Assembly: GCA_963736365.1 (NCBI GenBank)
Contig: CAVTOM010000001.1
Coordinates: 15,758-79,757 of the forward strand
From: an uncultured bacterium
GTDB taxonomy: Bacteria; Actinomycetota; Actinomycetes; S36-B12
Length of the DNA stretch: 64,000 nt
Direction: 5' to 3'
Part shown: one piece after another, positions 44,419 to 56,965 of the stretch
How the letters are laid out: each line of letters starts with the position of its first letter
Position numbering within the stretch: position 1 is the stretch's first letter
Made by a program: the position numbers and the translations under genes
The notes under the pieces: generated by a model
The model's input: only the letters and a program-made list of their open reading frames with translations
Databases searched by the model: none
Told to the model about the DNA's origin: nothing

Positions 44419-44925
44419 ATGCCACGTACCACCGCCCGACCGGACCGACCAGGCGAACGAGGCGGTCGGCCCCAGCTGACGCGTGAGGGCTACGGCCGCC
44501 TCGAGGAGCGGGCCGAGGACATCCGCGACCGGCGCCTGCCTGACATGGCCCCGCTGCTGGTCGAGACGGAGCGCGACGAGCGGGTCGTCGCGGAGTTCGA
44601 GCGCCTCATCGAGGAGGCCGACACCATCGACAGCCTGCTGGCGCACGCCGAGGTCATCGCCATCGACCCGGTGGCGGTCGACGGGCGGGTCGCGCTCGGC
44701 ATGCGCGTTCAGGTCGTGCTCGAGGACGGGTCGTCGGCGTGGGTCCGACCTGTGCACCCGGACGAGGCCTTCCTGGACGACGAGCGCATCTCGGCCACGT
44801 CGCCGCTGGCGATCGCCCTCGTGGGCGCGCGCACCGGGCACACGGTCTGGGTCGACGCCCCCACCGGTGCGTGGCCGTGCCAGGTGCTCGCCATCGGCCT
44901 CGACGGCGTGTCCTCGACGGCCTAG
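44419..44925 (+). CDS. GreA/GreB family elongation factor-like protein (Rnk-like)
   Basis: Intact 168 aa. It has an N-terminal coiled-coil-like region and a C-terminal ..V.LG..V......G.......V.P.EA........S..SPLA.AL.G...G..V.. FKBP-like GreA C-domain pattern. Confidence 0.7.
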   Translation: MPRTTARPDRPGERGGRPQLTREGYGRLEERAEDIRDRRLPDMAPLLVETERDERVVAEFERLIEEADTIDSLLAHAEVIAIDPVAVDGRVALGMRVQVVLEDGSSAWVRPVHPDEAFLDDERISATSPLAIALVGARTGHTVWVDAPTGAWPCQVLAIGLDGVSSTA

Positions 44926-44928
44926 CCG

Positions 44929-45225
44929 GTGGCCCTCCGCGGCGACGGCGACCACGAGCGTCACTGGACGTTCCTGAGCAATCACGGCCACGTGCTCGTC
45001 GCCATCCACGAGGCGCCGGACGCTCGCGTGCGCGACATCGCCGACCGCGTGGGGATCAGCGAGCGCGCCGTGCAACTGATCATCGCCGACCTCGAGCGGT
45101 CGGGCTACGTGGTGCGGTCGCGCACCGGGCGCCGCACGCACTACGCGGTCACCGCAGGTGGCCACCTGCGCCATCCGGCGGAGCGCGAGTCCTCGGTGGA
45201 CGACCTGCTGTCCGTCTTCCGCTGA
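44929..45225 (+). CDS. Winged helix-turn-helix transcriptional regulator
   Basis: 98 aa. ..[41 protein letters not shown].. is a wHTH pattern. It starts 4 nt after the preceding gene's stop. Confidence 0.7.
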   Translation: MALRGDGDHERHWTFLSNHGHVLVAIHEAPDARVRDIADRVGISERAVQLIIADLERSGYVVRSRTGRRTHYAVTAGGHLRHPAERESSVDDLLSVFR

Positions 45226-45318
45226 CGCCGAATCCACAGGACCCCGATCGCCGGGCAGCCATGCCCAGCACGACGGGCGCGGACGCCACGTCGTCGGCCG
45301 TTCGCGCAGTCTGCGCGC

Positions 45319-46436
45319 ATGACATCCGCCCGCCACGACGCCACCTGCCTCGACACCCTCACGCTGCGGAGCCCGGACGCCCTCGTGTCCGCGGTTCCCT
45401 ACCTCCTCGGCTTCACCCCGACCGAGAGCGCCGTCGTCGTGTGGCTGAGGCAGCGCCGGATCCTGCTGACCCAGCGCCTGGACCTGCCTTCCGTCGCCCA
45501 GCAGCACGCGGCGTGGCTGCGCGTGCCTGTGGTCCCACGACGCGGCCCGCCGTGCCGACGAACTCGTCCTCGTCGTGGTGTCGGCCGCCCCGGCGAACGG
45601 CGCGTTGCTCGAGGCGTTCGTCGACCGGGCGGACTCAGCGGGTGTCGCCGTTCGCGACCTGCTGCGTGTGGACGCGGGCCGGTGGTGGAGCCTGCTGTGC
45701 TCCGACCCGGACTGCTGCCCGGACGACGGACGCCCGGTGGCACCCGATGTCGCCGAGATGATCGCGGCCGAGTTCACGGTCCTCGGCCGCGCGCCGCTGC
45801 CCGACCGCGAGTCGGTCGTCGCGGCACTGGCGGAGGACCCGCAGCGCGCCGCAGCGGTGCACGCGGTCGGCCGCGAGGCACCCCGGCACGGCGCAGCCCT
45901 CGAGCGTTGGCGCACCGATCGCCTGGCGCTGGTCTCCGGGGTCGTCCTGGGGCATGACTCGCGCGCGACTCGACCGGCCGTCGCGTCTGGCGCGCATGCT
46001 CGACGGGCTGGCCGACATCCGGGTGCGCGACACGCTCCTGTGGGACGTCGCGCACCGCGAGCCCGAGTCCCTGCCTGCGGTCTTCGACGCGCTGGCCGGA
46101 CTGCTGCGCGCGGCTCCGACCGGTCGCGTGGCACCGGTGGCCACGTGCTGCGCCGTCGTCGCGTGGCTGCAGGGGGACGGAGCCCGCGCGCTGATGGCCA
46201 TCGAGCGCGCCCTGGCCGACGATCCGGACTACTCGTTGGCCCAGCTCGTCGGAGCGTCCCTGCAGTCGGGCCTGCCTCCTGCGACGTGGCGCGAGGCGAT
46301 GGCGGGGCTCGCACGCGACGACTGCCGGCACGGGCCGATCGGGGCCACGCGAGTGAGGCGGGCCACCGGAGGGGCGAGTTGTCCAACTCCGGGCCGGTCG
46401 CTATATTCGCGCACGGTCAAGAGTTCCAGCGCTTAG
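45319..46436 (+). pseudogene. DUF4192 domain protein, frameshifted
   Basis: ..LRSPDALVSAVPYLLGFTPTESAVVVWL.. is the DUF4192 N-terminus. After a junction near 45520 it continues as ..LWSHDAARRADELVLVVVSAAP..CCPDDGRP.. After a second junction near 45960 it continues as ..LDGLADIRVRDTLLWD..AWLQGDGA.. The last roughly 30 codons run into the riboswitch and may not be genuine. Confidence 0.7.
46379..46407 (+). promoter_or_regulatory. Candidate promoter of the SAM-IV/metY leader (TTGTCC-N17-TATATT)
   Basis: The -10-like TATATT (46402-46407) ends 7 nt before the first G of the riboswitch. TTGTCC (46379-46384) lies 17 nt upstream of it. Confidence 0.4.
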
Positions 46437-46519
46437 CTCCGGCTAGCTGGACGGCAACCCTCCACCGCGGTGGGGTGCTCCGGATGAAGACCAGGCCCGG
46501 CAACGGGCAAGCGCGGGTC
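46415..46519 (+). promoter_or_regulatory. SAM-IV riboswitch
   Basis: GGTCAAGAGTTCCAGCG..AGCTCCGGCTAGCTGGACGGCAACCCTCCACCGCGGTGGGGTGCTCCGGATGAAGACCAGG...GCAAGCGCGGGTC matches, almost block for block, my recollection of the SAM-IV consensus and the crystallised mycobacterial aptamer. It lies upstream of metY-metX, the usual genomic context. Confidence 0.9.
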
Positions 46520-46742
46520 TTGCACAGGGCAAGGCCCCGGAGATGGTGCGAGGTCTTACATGTGCTGTTGCTGTCGAATGACGAACCGCTGACCGCCGTC
46601 GCCTGAGGCGACGTCGCAGCGGACCCCGGCTCGCTGGTCGAGCCCCTGCCTGCCCTGCGCAGGCGTCGTGGCATATCCCTATCCGATCCCCTTTCCGCAT
46701 ACCCAGACCCGCCGCCACCGCGCGGCCTCCCAAGGAGATTCC

Positions 46743-48056
46743 ATGAGCAACGCCTGGTCCTTCGAGACGAAGCAGATCCACGCCGGCCAGTCCCCGGACG
46801 GCACGACCAACGCTCGCGCCCTGCCGATCTACCAGACCACGTCGTACACGTTCAACGACACCACGCACGCCGCGAACCTGTTCGGGCTCAAGGAGCTCGG
46901 CAACATCTACACCCGCATCATGAACCCGACCCAGGCCGTGGTCGAGGACCGCATCGCCGCCCTCGAGGGCGGCGTGGCCGCACTGCTGGTGGCCAGCGGC
47001 CAGGCGGCGGAGACGCTGGCCTTCCTCAACATCGCCGAGGCCGGCGACCACATCGTGTCGAGCCCGAGCCTGTACGGCGGCACCTACAACCTGCTCCACT
47101 ACACGCTGCCCAAGCTGGGCATCACGACGACGTTCGTCGAGAACCCCGACGACCCGGAGTCCTGGCGGGCCGCGGTGCAGCCCAACACGAAGCTGTTCTT
47201 CGGCGAGTCCATCGCGAACCCCAAGAACGACGTGCTCGACATCGAGTCCGTGGCGCGGGTCGCCCACGAGGTCGGTGTCCCGCTGATCATCGACAACACC
47301 GTCGCCACGCCGTTCCTCATCCGTCCGCTCGAGTGGGGCGCCGACATCGTGGTCCATTCGGCCACCAAGTACCTGGGCGGGCACGGCACCTCGGTGGCGG
47401 GCGTGATCGTCGACGGCGGCACGTTCGACTACGCGCAGTACCCGGAGCGGTTCCCCAACTACAACCAGCCCGACCCGAGCTACCACGGCCTGGTGTACGC
47501 CCGCGACCTCGGCGTCGGCTCCGCCTTCGGCGCGAACCTGTCCTTCATCCTCAAGGCCCGTGTCCAGCTGCTGCGCGACCTCGGCGCGGCGGTGTCGCCG
47601 TTCAACGCCTTCCTCATCTCCCAGGGCATCGAGACGCTGTCGCTGCGCATCGAGCGGCACGTGCAGAACGCGAAGGCCGTCGCCACCTGGCTCGAGGGGC
47701 GTGACGAGGTCGAGTCGGTGAACTACGCCGGCCTGACCAGCAGCCCCTGGTACGCCCTGGGCCAGAAGTACGCGCCGCTCGGCACGGGCGCGGTGCTCGC
47801 CTTCGAGATCAAGGGCGGCGTCGAGGCGGGCCAGAAGTTCGTGGAGGCCCTCGAGCTGCACAGCCACGTCGCGAACATCGGTGACGTGCGCAGCCTCGTG
47901 ATCCACCCGGCATCGACGACGCACTCCCAGCTGAGCCCGGAGGAGCAGGTGGCCGCCGGCGTCACGCCGGGCCTGGTGCGCCTGGCCGTGGGCATCGAGA
48001 ACATCGACGACATCCTCGCCGACCTCGATGCGGGCTTCCGGGCCGCCAAGGCCTGA
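46743..48056 (+). CDS. metY: O-acetylhomoserine aminocarboxypropyltransferase/sulfhydrylase
   Basis: ATG 46743 follows AAGGAG. Intact 437 aa with ..ETKQIHAGQ..YQTTSY.F..SATKYLGGHG (PLP lysine)..LVRLAVGIE.. Confidence 0.95.
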   Translation: MSNAWSFETKQIHAGQSPDGTTNARALPIYQTTSYTFNDTTHAANLFGLKELGNIYTRIMNPTQAVVEDRIAALEGGVAALLVASGQAAETLAFLNIAEAGDHIVSSPSLYGGTYNLLHYTLPKLGITTTFVENPDDPESWRAAVQPNTKLFFGESIANPKNDVLDIESVARVAHEVGVPLIIDNTVATPFLIRPLEWGADIVVHSATKYLGGHGTSVAGVIVDGGTFDYAQYPERFPNYNQPDPSYHGLVYARDLGVGSAFGANLSFILKARVQLLRDLGAAVSPFNAFLISQGIETLSLRIERHVQNAKAVATWLEGRDEVESVNYAGLTSSPWYALGQKYAPLGTGAVLAFEIKGGVEAGQKFVEALELHSHVANIGDVRSLVIHPASTTHSQLSPEEQVAAGVTPGLVRLAVGIENIDDILADLDAGFRAAKA

Positions 48057-48059
48057 GCG

Positions 48060-49228
48060 ATGGCCGACTACGGACCGCTGTCCTACGACGGACCCCCTCC
48101 CGCCAGCGCCGCCTGGCGGGAGGGGGATCCCGTCGGCAGCGCGGCGATTCGCCGAGGTCGGTGACCTCATCACGGAGTCCGGGACCCGGATTCCGTCGGT
48201 CCGAGTCGCATACGAGACGTGGGGGACCCTGTCCGCCGACGGCACCAACGCCGTCTACATCTGCCATGCGCTGACCGGCGACGCCCACGTCACCGGGCCG
48301 GCCGGGGTCGGGCACGCGACGGGCGGCTGGTGGGACGGGCTGGTCGGTCCCGGCCGGGCCATCGACACCGACGAGTGGTTCGTCGTGTGCGCCAACGTGC
48401 TGGGCGGGTGCCAGGGGACGACCGGCCCCTCCTCGCTGGCCCCGGACGGACAGCCGTGGGGGAGCCGCTTCCCCGTCGTCACGATCCCCGACATGGTCGA
48501 GGTCGAGCGCCGCCTCACCGACGTGCTGGGCATCGACTCGTGGGCGCTCATGCTGGGCCCGTCCCTCGGGGGAATGCGCGTCCTCGAATGGATGGTGCGC
48601 CACCCCGATCGGGTGCGTGGCGGCCTGGTCCTCGGCACGACGGCGGCCGTGACTGCGGACCAGATCGGCACCCAGGAGACGCAGATCGCCGCGATCGAGG
48701 CCGATCCCGCCTTCCGCGGCGGGGACTACTACTCGGCGGGCAGGGGTGGTGGCCCGCACGTCGGCATGGGCATCGCCCGACGCATCGCGCACCTGACCTA
48801 CCGCAGCGAGACCGAGCTCGACCTGAGGTTCGGACGCGACCCGCAGGAGGGAGAGGATCCCCTGGCCGGCGGTCGGTTCGCAGTCCAGTCCTACCTCGAC
48901 CACCATGCCGACAAGCTCGCGCGCCGCTTCGACGCCAACACCTACATCGCACTCACCCGCGCGATGAGCCTGTTCGACGTGGGCAGCGGCCGCGGCGGCG
49001 TCGCCGCCGCGCTCGGAACCGTGCACGCCCCGCTGACCGTCGTGGGCATCGACTCCGACCGCCTGTTCCCGGTGCGGCTGCAGGCGGAGCTGGTCGAGCT
49101 CACCCCGGGAGCCGACCGCCTGCACATCGTGCAGCTCCCCATACGGGCATGACGGCTTCCTGGTCGAGGACGAGCAGGTCGGGGCCTTCGTCGCGCACGC
49201 CCTCGATCGGGTCCGCGACCCGCGCTGA
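48060..49228 (+). pseudogene. metX: Homoserine O-acetyltransferase, frameshifted twice
   Basis: ATG 48060 gives MADYGPLSYDGPPPASAAWREGDPVG. After a junction near 48145 it continues as ..RRFAEVGDLITESG...AYETWG..HALTGD..GPSLGGMRVLEW.. After a junction near 49137, in a CCCC run, it continues as ..YGHDGFLVEDEQV.. ending at TGA 49226-49228. Confidence 0.9.
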
Positions 49229-49298
49229 GATCCGCCGTCATCCACAGGCGCCCGTTCGCGAGGTGCGGCCGCTGGTCGGGGGCGCCTACCGTCGGGGC

Positions 49299-50171
49299 GT
49301 GGGAATCCTCGGATGGACGCCCGACGGCCGCAGGCGCCGGCTCACGCGAGAGACGGGCGGTGCGGCGCGTCTCCTCGCGGCCGTCGTCGTCGGGTGCGTC
49401 GTGGCTGCCGGCGGGGGCGCCGCGCAGGCGGCCGACGTGCACGGGGATGACGAAACCGACGCCTACGTCGGCACCGGGGGCCTGATCCTGCCCGCCGGGG
49501 TCGACGCGGCCACCCGCACCATCGTCGCGTCCTGTGCAGGCTGTCACTGGCGCCTGTCCACCCCGTGCGTACGGTCAGACCTGGGACATCCGTTCGACGG
49601 GCAGTCGCCGTGCATGAGCGTGGTCCGAGGCTGCCCCGACGGTCGCCGGCTGCTGCGGACGTGGTTCCAGCCCGCCGACGGGGCCTGGCGGCAGGTCGGC
49701 CTGGTCTGCCTCGACCCGTCGGGACCGGTGACGGTCCGCGACATGGGCCAGGCCGCCCACGACCGGGCGGTGCGGGGAATACCCCCGCTGCGACCGGCGT
49801 TCCAGCCACGTCGAGGTGTCGTGACACAGCTGCCGGTGCTGTTCACGGCCGGTCAGCCGGCCGGCCCGCAGTCGTGGGAGGTCGACCTCCTCGGTCAGCG
49901 GGTGCACCTGGTCGCGACCCCGAGGTGGACGTGGACCTTCGGGGACGGGGCCTCCCTGAGCACCGACGACCCGGGTGGCGGGTATCCCAACGACGCCGTG
50001 GCACACGTCTACCGACGATCGGGAGGCCGTCATGTGACGCTCACCGCACGATGGTCGGCGTCCTTCACGGTCGACGGCCTCGGCCCGTTCCCGGTGCCGG
50101 AGCCGGTGGTGCAGGAGGTGTCGTCCGACCTCGACGTGGGGGAGGGACGGGCGCTCCTGGCGGCACCCTGA
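49299..50171 (+). CDS. Hypothetical secreted Cys-rich protein with a C-terminal PKD-like domain
   Basis: This is the in-frame part of ORF 48219-50171, starting at GTG 49299. It has a hydrophobic signal-like segment ([20 protein letters not shown]), a Cys-rich middle region and ..[18 protein letters not shown]...AHVYRRSG...VTLTARW.. (PKD-like). Confidence 0.55.
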   Translation: MGILGWTPDGRRRRLTRETGGAARLLAAVVVGCVVAAGGGAAQAADVHGDDETDAYVGTGGLILPAGVDAATRTIVASCAGCHWRLSTPCVRSDLGHPFDGQSPCMSVVRGCPDGRRLLRTWFQPADGAWRQVGLVCLDPSGPVTVRDMGQAAHDRAVRGIPPLRPAFQPRRGVVTQLPVLFTAGQPAGPQSWEVDLLGQRVHLVATPRWTWTFGDGASLSTDDPGGGYPNDAVAHVYRRSGGRHVTLTARWSASFTVDGLGPFPVPEPVVQEVSSDLDVGEGRALLAAP

Positions 50172-50327
50172 CGCCGGCGGACACGATCGTCGGCCCCCGG
50201 GCGGGAATACCCCGCCGCGCATGGCACAATGGGGTCAATCTCGGCCCGTCTCCAAGCCCGCAGGTCCGTCGCAGGCTTGACACGGGCCCTTGTCGTGGGT
50301 CAACGCGAGGAAGGCACCCCCAACTCG

Positions 50328-51983
<1,656 letters not shown>

Positions 51984-51991
<8 letters not shown>

Positions 51992-52802
51992 GCCGGCTGC
52001 GGACGCGGTCGTCCGGGTCGCCGACGCCGGCGAACCGGGTGCGGAGTCGAGCGTGGTCGAGGTCACCATGGCCAACGCGCCCCGTCGCAACTCCTTCGAC
52101 GCGCGGATGCTCGCCGAGCTGGCGGCTGCCCTGGACACCGCTCGCGCCCAGGAGGCGCGAGCCGTCATCATCCGGGCCGAGCAGGGCGTCAGCACGTGGT
52201 CGGCCGGGTACGACATCACCGCACTCCCGGTCGACGGCTCGGATCCGCTCACGTGGACCAACCCGCTCGAGGCGTTCCTGCACGAGGTGCGGTCGGCGCC
52301 CTTCCCCGTGATCGCCGCGGTGGAGGGTGGCGTCTGGGGTGGCGCCTGCGAGCTGGTCATGACATGCGACCTCGTGGTGGCCGTGCGGACGGCCACCTTC
52401 GCCATCACGCCGGCGCGGCTCGGGGTCCCGTACAACACCTCCGGCGTCGCCCACTTCCTGGGCGCCCTGCCGCTGAACGTGGCCAAGGAGATGTTCTTCA
52501 CCGCGGATCCGATCACCGCCGACGACGCCGCTCGCTACGGAGTGGTCAACCGGGTCGTCGACGACGGGCCGCAGATGGCGGAGGCTGCCACCGGGCTCGC
52601 GCGCCGGATCGCCACGCGGGCGCCGCTGGCGATCCGGGCGATCAAGGGCGAGATGGCGGCCCTCACGGACGCGCGATCGCTGACCAGCGACGACTTCGAG
52701 CGGCTGACGGAGCTTCGGCGCACCGCCTGGACGAGCGAGGACTACCAGGAGGGCGTGCGCGCGTTCCGCGAGAAGCGCGCGCCGAGGTTCACCGGGCGAT
52801 GA
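51984..52802 (+). CDS. Enoyl-CoA hydratase/isomerase (crotonase) family protein, methylmalonyl-CoA decarboxylase-like
   Basis: Intact ORF of 272 aa with a TTG start overlapping the rpoD stop; a later GTG is possible. ..[15 protein letters not shown]......[29 protein letters not shown].. Confidence 0.8.
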
Positions 52803-53104
52803 CCGCCTCGGAGCCCCGGGACGCGCGCGTGCGCCGCGTGCTGGTGGGCTTCGGTGCTGCGGGTGCCTGGCTGGTGACGGCGGTCTTCGTGCTCGTGGGC
52901 GATGGCGTCGAGCCCACGGGCGACGGGCCGACGCGGCTGATCCTGGAGTACGCCCACCAGTCGGCCTGGCTGCTGCTGGCACTGGCGCTCACGTGGGCCG
53001 CGATCCGGCGCGGCTGGCGGCGCGCCTCGAGCATCCTCGCGCTAACGGCCCTGGGCCTCTACGTCGTCTTCGTGCTGGCCCTACTCAGTGCCGGTGTCGA
53101 GTGA
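52799..53104 (+). CDS. Small membrane protein (101 aa)
   Basis: Its start shares an ATGA overlap with the upstream stop. It has three hydrophobic segments. Its 3' end overlaps the convergent GT87 gene by 24 nt. I recognise no family. Confidence 0.5.
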   Translation: MTASEPRDARVRRVLVGFGAAGAWLVTAVFVLVGDGVEPTGDGPTRLILEYAHQSAWLLLALALTWAAIRRGWRRASSILALTALGLYVVFVLALLSAGVE

Positions 53105-54306
53105 CGCCCGCCGGGAGGGCACGCCTCCGGCCGGCCTGATCCGCCACAGCGCCAGGCCCGTGGCCATGAGCAGGCCGAGGATCCGGGCGGTCTGGGCCGC
53201 GACGGCCGGCAGGTCCCCGTCGACCAGCTCGGTGACCGACCACGGGTACACGACCTGCGTGACGAGCGAGACGCCCACCACCAGGACGACCACGGCGGTG
53301 AGGCGCGTGGCTCCGACGAGCAGGGCGACGGCTGCCAGGCCGACGAGCCAGACGTTGAACTGGGGCGAGTAGACCCGGCTCGACGCGACGCTCACCAGCA
53401 TCACCGTCAGGGCCAGATCGGCCGGGGCGACGTCGTCGATCCGCCCCGAGAGCCGCCACCAGGCGACGACCAGCAGCACGACCAGGCCAGCGACGGTCAG
53501 CGCCGTCCCGACCCACGTCGCCCCGCTCACCCCGACCTGCACCGATCCGTACTCGTAGGGGAAGCGACCCGTGTCGGAGAAGGCCGAGTAGACGACGAAC
53601 GGCAGGGCCCCCACCGATTCGACCTGCAGGCCCCGCGCGCCCTGGTTGCCGATGAAGGACAGGGCGCCTGCGAATCCCGAGCCCGAGAACGCCGCGGTGA
53701 GCGCCAGGCCCAGCGCGATGACCGTCAGCGCGAAGCCCAGGGCCCCCCGCCCGATCGCACGGCGCGGCAGTGAGATCAGGATGAGCGCCGGCCAGAGCTT
53801 GACCAGAGCCCCGAGGCCGGCGCTGATGCCAGACCACACCGGCCGGCCGGCCAGCAGCACCGCGAGGACGGCGAAGAGCGTGGGCACGAGGTCGAACCGC
53901 GTGAGCAGGATCGGGCCCAGCACCACGCCGGCCGCAGCCCACAGCACCGGCCCGCGCCACTGGGCCCCCGGGGAGTTGGCATGGACGACCAGGAGTGCAA
54001 CCAGCAGCGCCAGGTCGACCAGCAGCATGAGGGCCACGAACGACTGGGCGTAGGTCCCCGGCAGGGCAGCGGCGGCCATGACGACCGGCCCGGCGGCGGG
54101 CGGGTACTGCCACATGGGGTCGTCGCTGGGGAAGGACCCCTGCCGCAGGACACCGATCCACACGTCGTAGATCGACAGGTCCCCGAGGATCCACGGACTC
54201 AGATGGATGCTCGAGACGGCGACCGCACGAGTGATGATCCAGAGCGCGACGACACCGAGGTACGAGGTCCACGGGATCGGCGCACGACGGGTGGCACCTG
54301 CGTCAT
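53081..54306 (-). pseudogene. Glycosyltransferase family 87 (DUF2029) membrane protein, frameshifted near the 5' end
   Basis: ORF 53081-54163 is polytopic (..VKLWPALILISLP..VYSPQFNVWL..). Its frame stays open upstream (..IPWTSYLGVVALWIITRAVAV..) but contains no start codon. ATG 54306 (MTQVPPVVRR) lies in another frame, which implies a junction near 54275. Confidence 0.75.
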
Positions 54307-54367
54307 CGCCCTCGATGGTGGTTCCAGTCCTGCGTGGTCAGTGGGCGGATCGACGCAGGTGCTCGCC

Positions 54368-54583
54368 TCAGGCCTCGGGTACGGGGGTCGCCGACAGGCG
54401 ATGCGTCTCGTCGACGACCTCGATGGCCTGCGGACGAAGGGCGTCCTCGTGCCGGCTCCAGTGATGCCCGCAGAAGAGCAGGTCGACGCCACCGGGCAGG
54501 ACGACGCGAACGTACGCCTGCGCGTTGCAGCGATCGCAGCGATCGGTCACGCTCAGTGCTGGCGCGGTCAGTGTCGTGGCCAT
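54368..54583 (-). CDS. Small zinc-ribbon-like actinobacterial protein (71 aa)
   Basis: ATG follows GGGAGG. ..CDRCNAQAYVRVVLPGG.DLLFCGHHW.. is a CxxC...CxHH metal-binding pattern. It is divergent from the topoisomerase gene. Confidence 0.7.
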   Translation of the reverse strand: MATTLTAPALSVTDRCDRCNAQAYVRVVLPGGVDLLFCGHHWSRHEDALRPQAIEVVDETHRLSATPVPEA

Positions 54584-54790
54584 GAGCCCGGTACCTCCCT
54601 GTGTCCGGCGGATGTTCCGTCGATCGGGATAACAGTCTTACATGCCTGGGTTGTTCCCGATGCGCCACGCCGGGGCGGTTCGCCCAGAGCGCAGCGGCAA
54701 GCGACGAAGATCACAAGCGCACATGACGCGAACCGGACACGCGCGTGGCGGCGTCAGTGCTGCGTCGGTGAGCGTCGGTAGGTTGGGGCA

Positions 54791-56871
54791 ATGGCCACCA
54801 GGACAGCCGCAGCCGCGGGGTACTCCGCCAAGGACCTCGCGGTGCTCGAGGGGCTCGAGGCGGTCCGCAAGCGCCCCGGCATGTACATCGGCTCCAACGA
54901 CGGCCGCGGCCTCATGCACTGCCTCTGGGAGATCCTGGACAACGGCATCGACGAGGCGCTCGCCGGTCACTGCAGCCGCATCCAGGTGATCCTGCGCGCC
55001 GACGGGTCCGCGGAGGTCCTCGACGACGGCCGGGGGATCCCCGTCGATGTCGAGCCGAAGACCAAGCTCACCGGCGTCGAGGTCGTGCTGACCAAGCTGC
55101 ACGCCGGCGGCAAGTTCGGCGGCGGCTCGTACGGCGCGTCGGGCGGACTGCACGGCGTCGGCGCGTCGGTGGTCAACGCCCTGTCCGCCCGGCTCGACGT
55201 CGAGGTCGACCGGGGCGGGAAGATCCACATGATGTCCTTCCGGCGCGGAGTTCCCGGGCTCTTCGACGGTGCCCGACGAGAATGCGTCGTTCACGCGCAA
55301 GGGCGGGCTGCAGATCGTCGGGAAGTGCCCCCGGGCGAAGACGGGCACCCGCGTGCGGTGGTGGGTCGACCGCCAGGTGTTCACGAAGGACGCGGACTAC
55401 GACCGCGAGGCCCTTCGTGAGCGCGCCATGCAGAGCACGTACCTCGTCCCCGGCCTGACGATCGCGCTGCGCGACGAGCGCGATCCAGCGGACGTCTGGG
55501 AGGAGTCGTACCAGCACAAGGGCGGCATCGCCGAGTACGTCGAGTACCTGTCGCCGGGGGAGGGGGTGACCTCCATCGTCCGGCTCACCGGGCAGGGGCA
55601 CTTCCAGGAGACGGTGCCCGTCCTCGACGCCAAGGGCCACATGTCACCGCAGGAGGTGCAGCGCGACCTCCACGTCGACATCGCCATGCGCTGGGACACC
55701 GGCTACGACACCTCGCTTCGCTCCTTCGTCAACGTCATCGCCACGCCCAAGGGCGGCACCCACGTGGCCGGCTTCGAGCGCGCCATGGTGAAGGTCCTGA
55801 ACGACCAGCTGCGCGCGGCCAAGGTGCTGCGAGCCACCGAGGACAACATCGCCAAGGACGACGTCATGGAGGGCCTGACCGCCGTCGTCGCGGTGCGGCT
55901 GGCCGAACCGCAGTTCGAGGGGCAGACCAAGGAGGTGCTGGGCACGCCGGCCGCGTCCCGCATCGTCGGCAACGTCGTCACCAAGGAGCTCACGTCCTGG
56001 CTGGTGTCGCCGCCGCGCGGGGAGAAGGCGGCCGCCAAGGCGGTGCTCGAGAAGACGGCCAACGCCATGCGGGCGCGCGTGGCCGCTCGCGCCCACCGCG
56101 ACACGCAGCGGCGCAAGACGGCCCTGGAGTCCTCGGCGCTGCCCGGCCAAGCTGGTCGACTGCCGAAGCGACGACGTCGAGCGCACCGAGCTGTTCATCG
56201 TCGAGGGCGACAGCGCCCTCGGGACGGCGAAGACGGCGCGCAACTCCGACCACCAGGCGCTGCTGCCGATCCGCGGCAAGATCCTCAACGTCCAGAAGTC
56301 CTCGCTGGCGGACATGCTGAAGAACGCCGAGTGCGCCTCGATCATCCAGGTCATCGGGGCCGGCTCGGGGCGCACGTTCGACCTGGCCCAGGCTCGCTAC
56401 GGCAAGGTCATCCTGATGTCCGACGCCGACGTGGACGGCGCGCACATCCGGTGCCTGCTCCTGACCTTGATCCACCGCTACCTGCGGCCGCTGCTGGACG
56501 ACGGCCGGGTGTTCGCGGCCGTGCCGCCCCTGCACCGCGTCGAGATCATCTCGCCGGGCTCGAAGGCGAACGAGGTGATCTACACCTACTCCGACGCCGA
56601 GATGCACACCGTCCTGAAGGACGCCGAGAAGCGCGGCCGACGGGTCAAGGAGCCGGTCCAGCGCTACAAGGGTCTCGGCGAGATGGACGCGTCCCAGCTG
56701 CGCGAGACCACGATGGACCCGGCGCACCGCACGCTGCGCCGCATCACGATGTCCGACGCCGAGGCGGCCGACGCGGTGTTCGACCTGCTCATGGGCAGCG
56801 ACGTCGCCCCTCGCAAGGACTTCATCGTCGAGGGGGCCGCGTCCCTCGACCGCGACCGCATCGACGCCTGA
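54791..56871 (+). pseudogene. parE: DNA topoisomerase (ATP-hydrolysing) subunit B, topo IV ParE/GyrB-like, frameshifted twice
   Basis: ..[45 protein letters not shown].. continues after a junction near 55270 as ..the transducer region.. After a junction near 56143 it continues as ..ELFIVEGDSA..PIRGKILNV..LMSDADVDGAHI..QRYKGLGEM.. Confidence 0.9.
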
Positions 56872-56965
56872 GGCTGGGGCGCACCGGCCGCCGTCCGCGC
56901 ATCGCGGACGCCGCCGTGTCAGGCTGGAGGCACGGAGGCGGGGTCGCGGCCGGCACACGTCGGGG

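Noticed and set aside
46340-46436. The DUF4192 ORF runs through the candidate promoter and 22 nt into the SAM-IV aptamer.
   Set aside because: I did not treat this as a meaningful coding/riboswitch overlap. Given the indel rate, the last roughly 30 codons (..IGATRVRRATGGASCPTPGRSLYSRTVKSSSA) look non-homologous. A frame correction would give a stop near 46354, but I cannot decide this without orthologues.
46553-46562. The AT-rich 10-mer GTCTTACATG occurs in both the metY leader (46553-46562) and the intergenic region upstream of the topoisomerase gene (54635-54644).
   Set aside because: Only 10 nt are shared and the flanks are unrelated. I cannot compute the expectation, and two occurrences are too few to call a motif.
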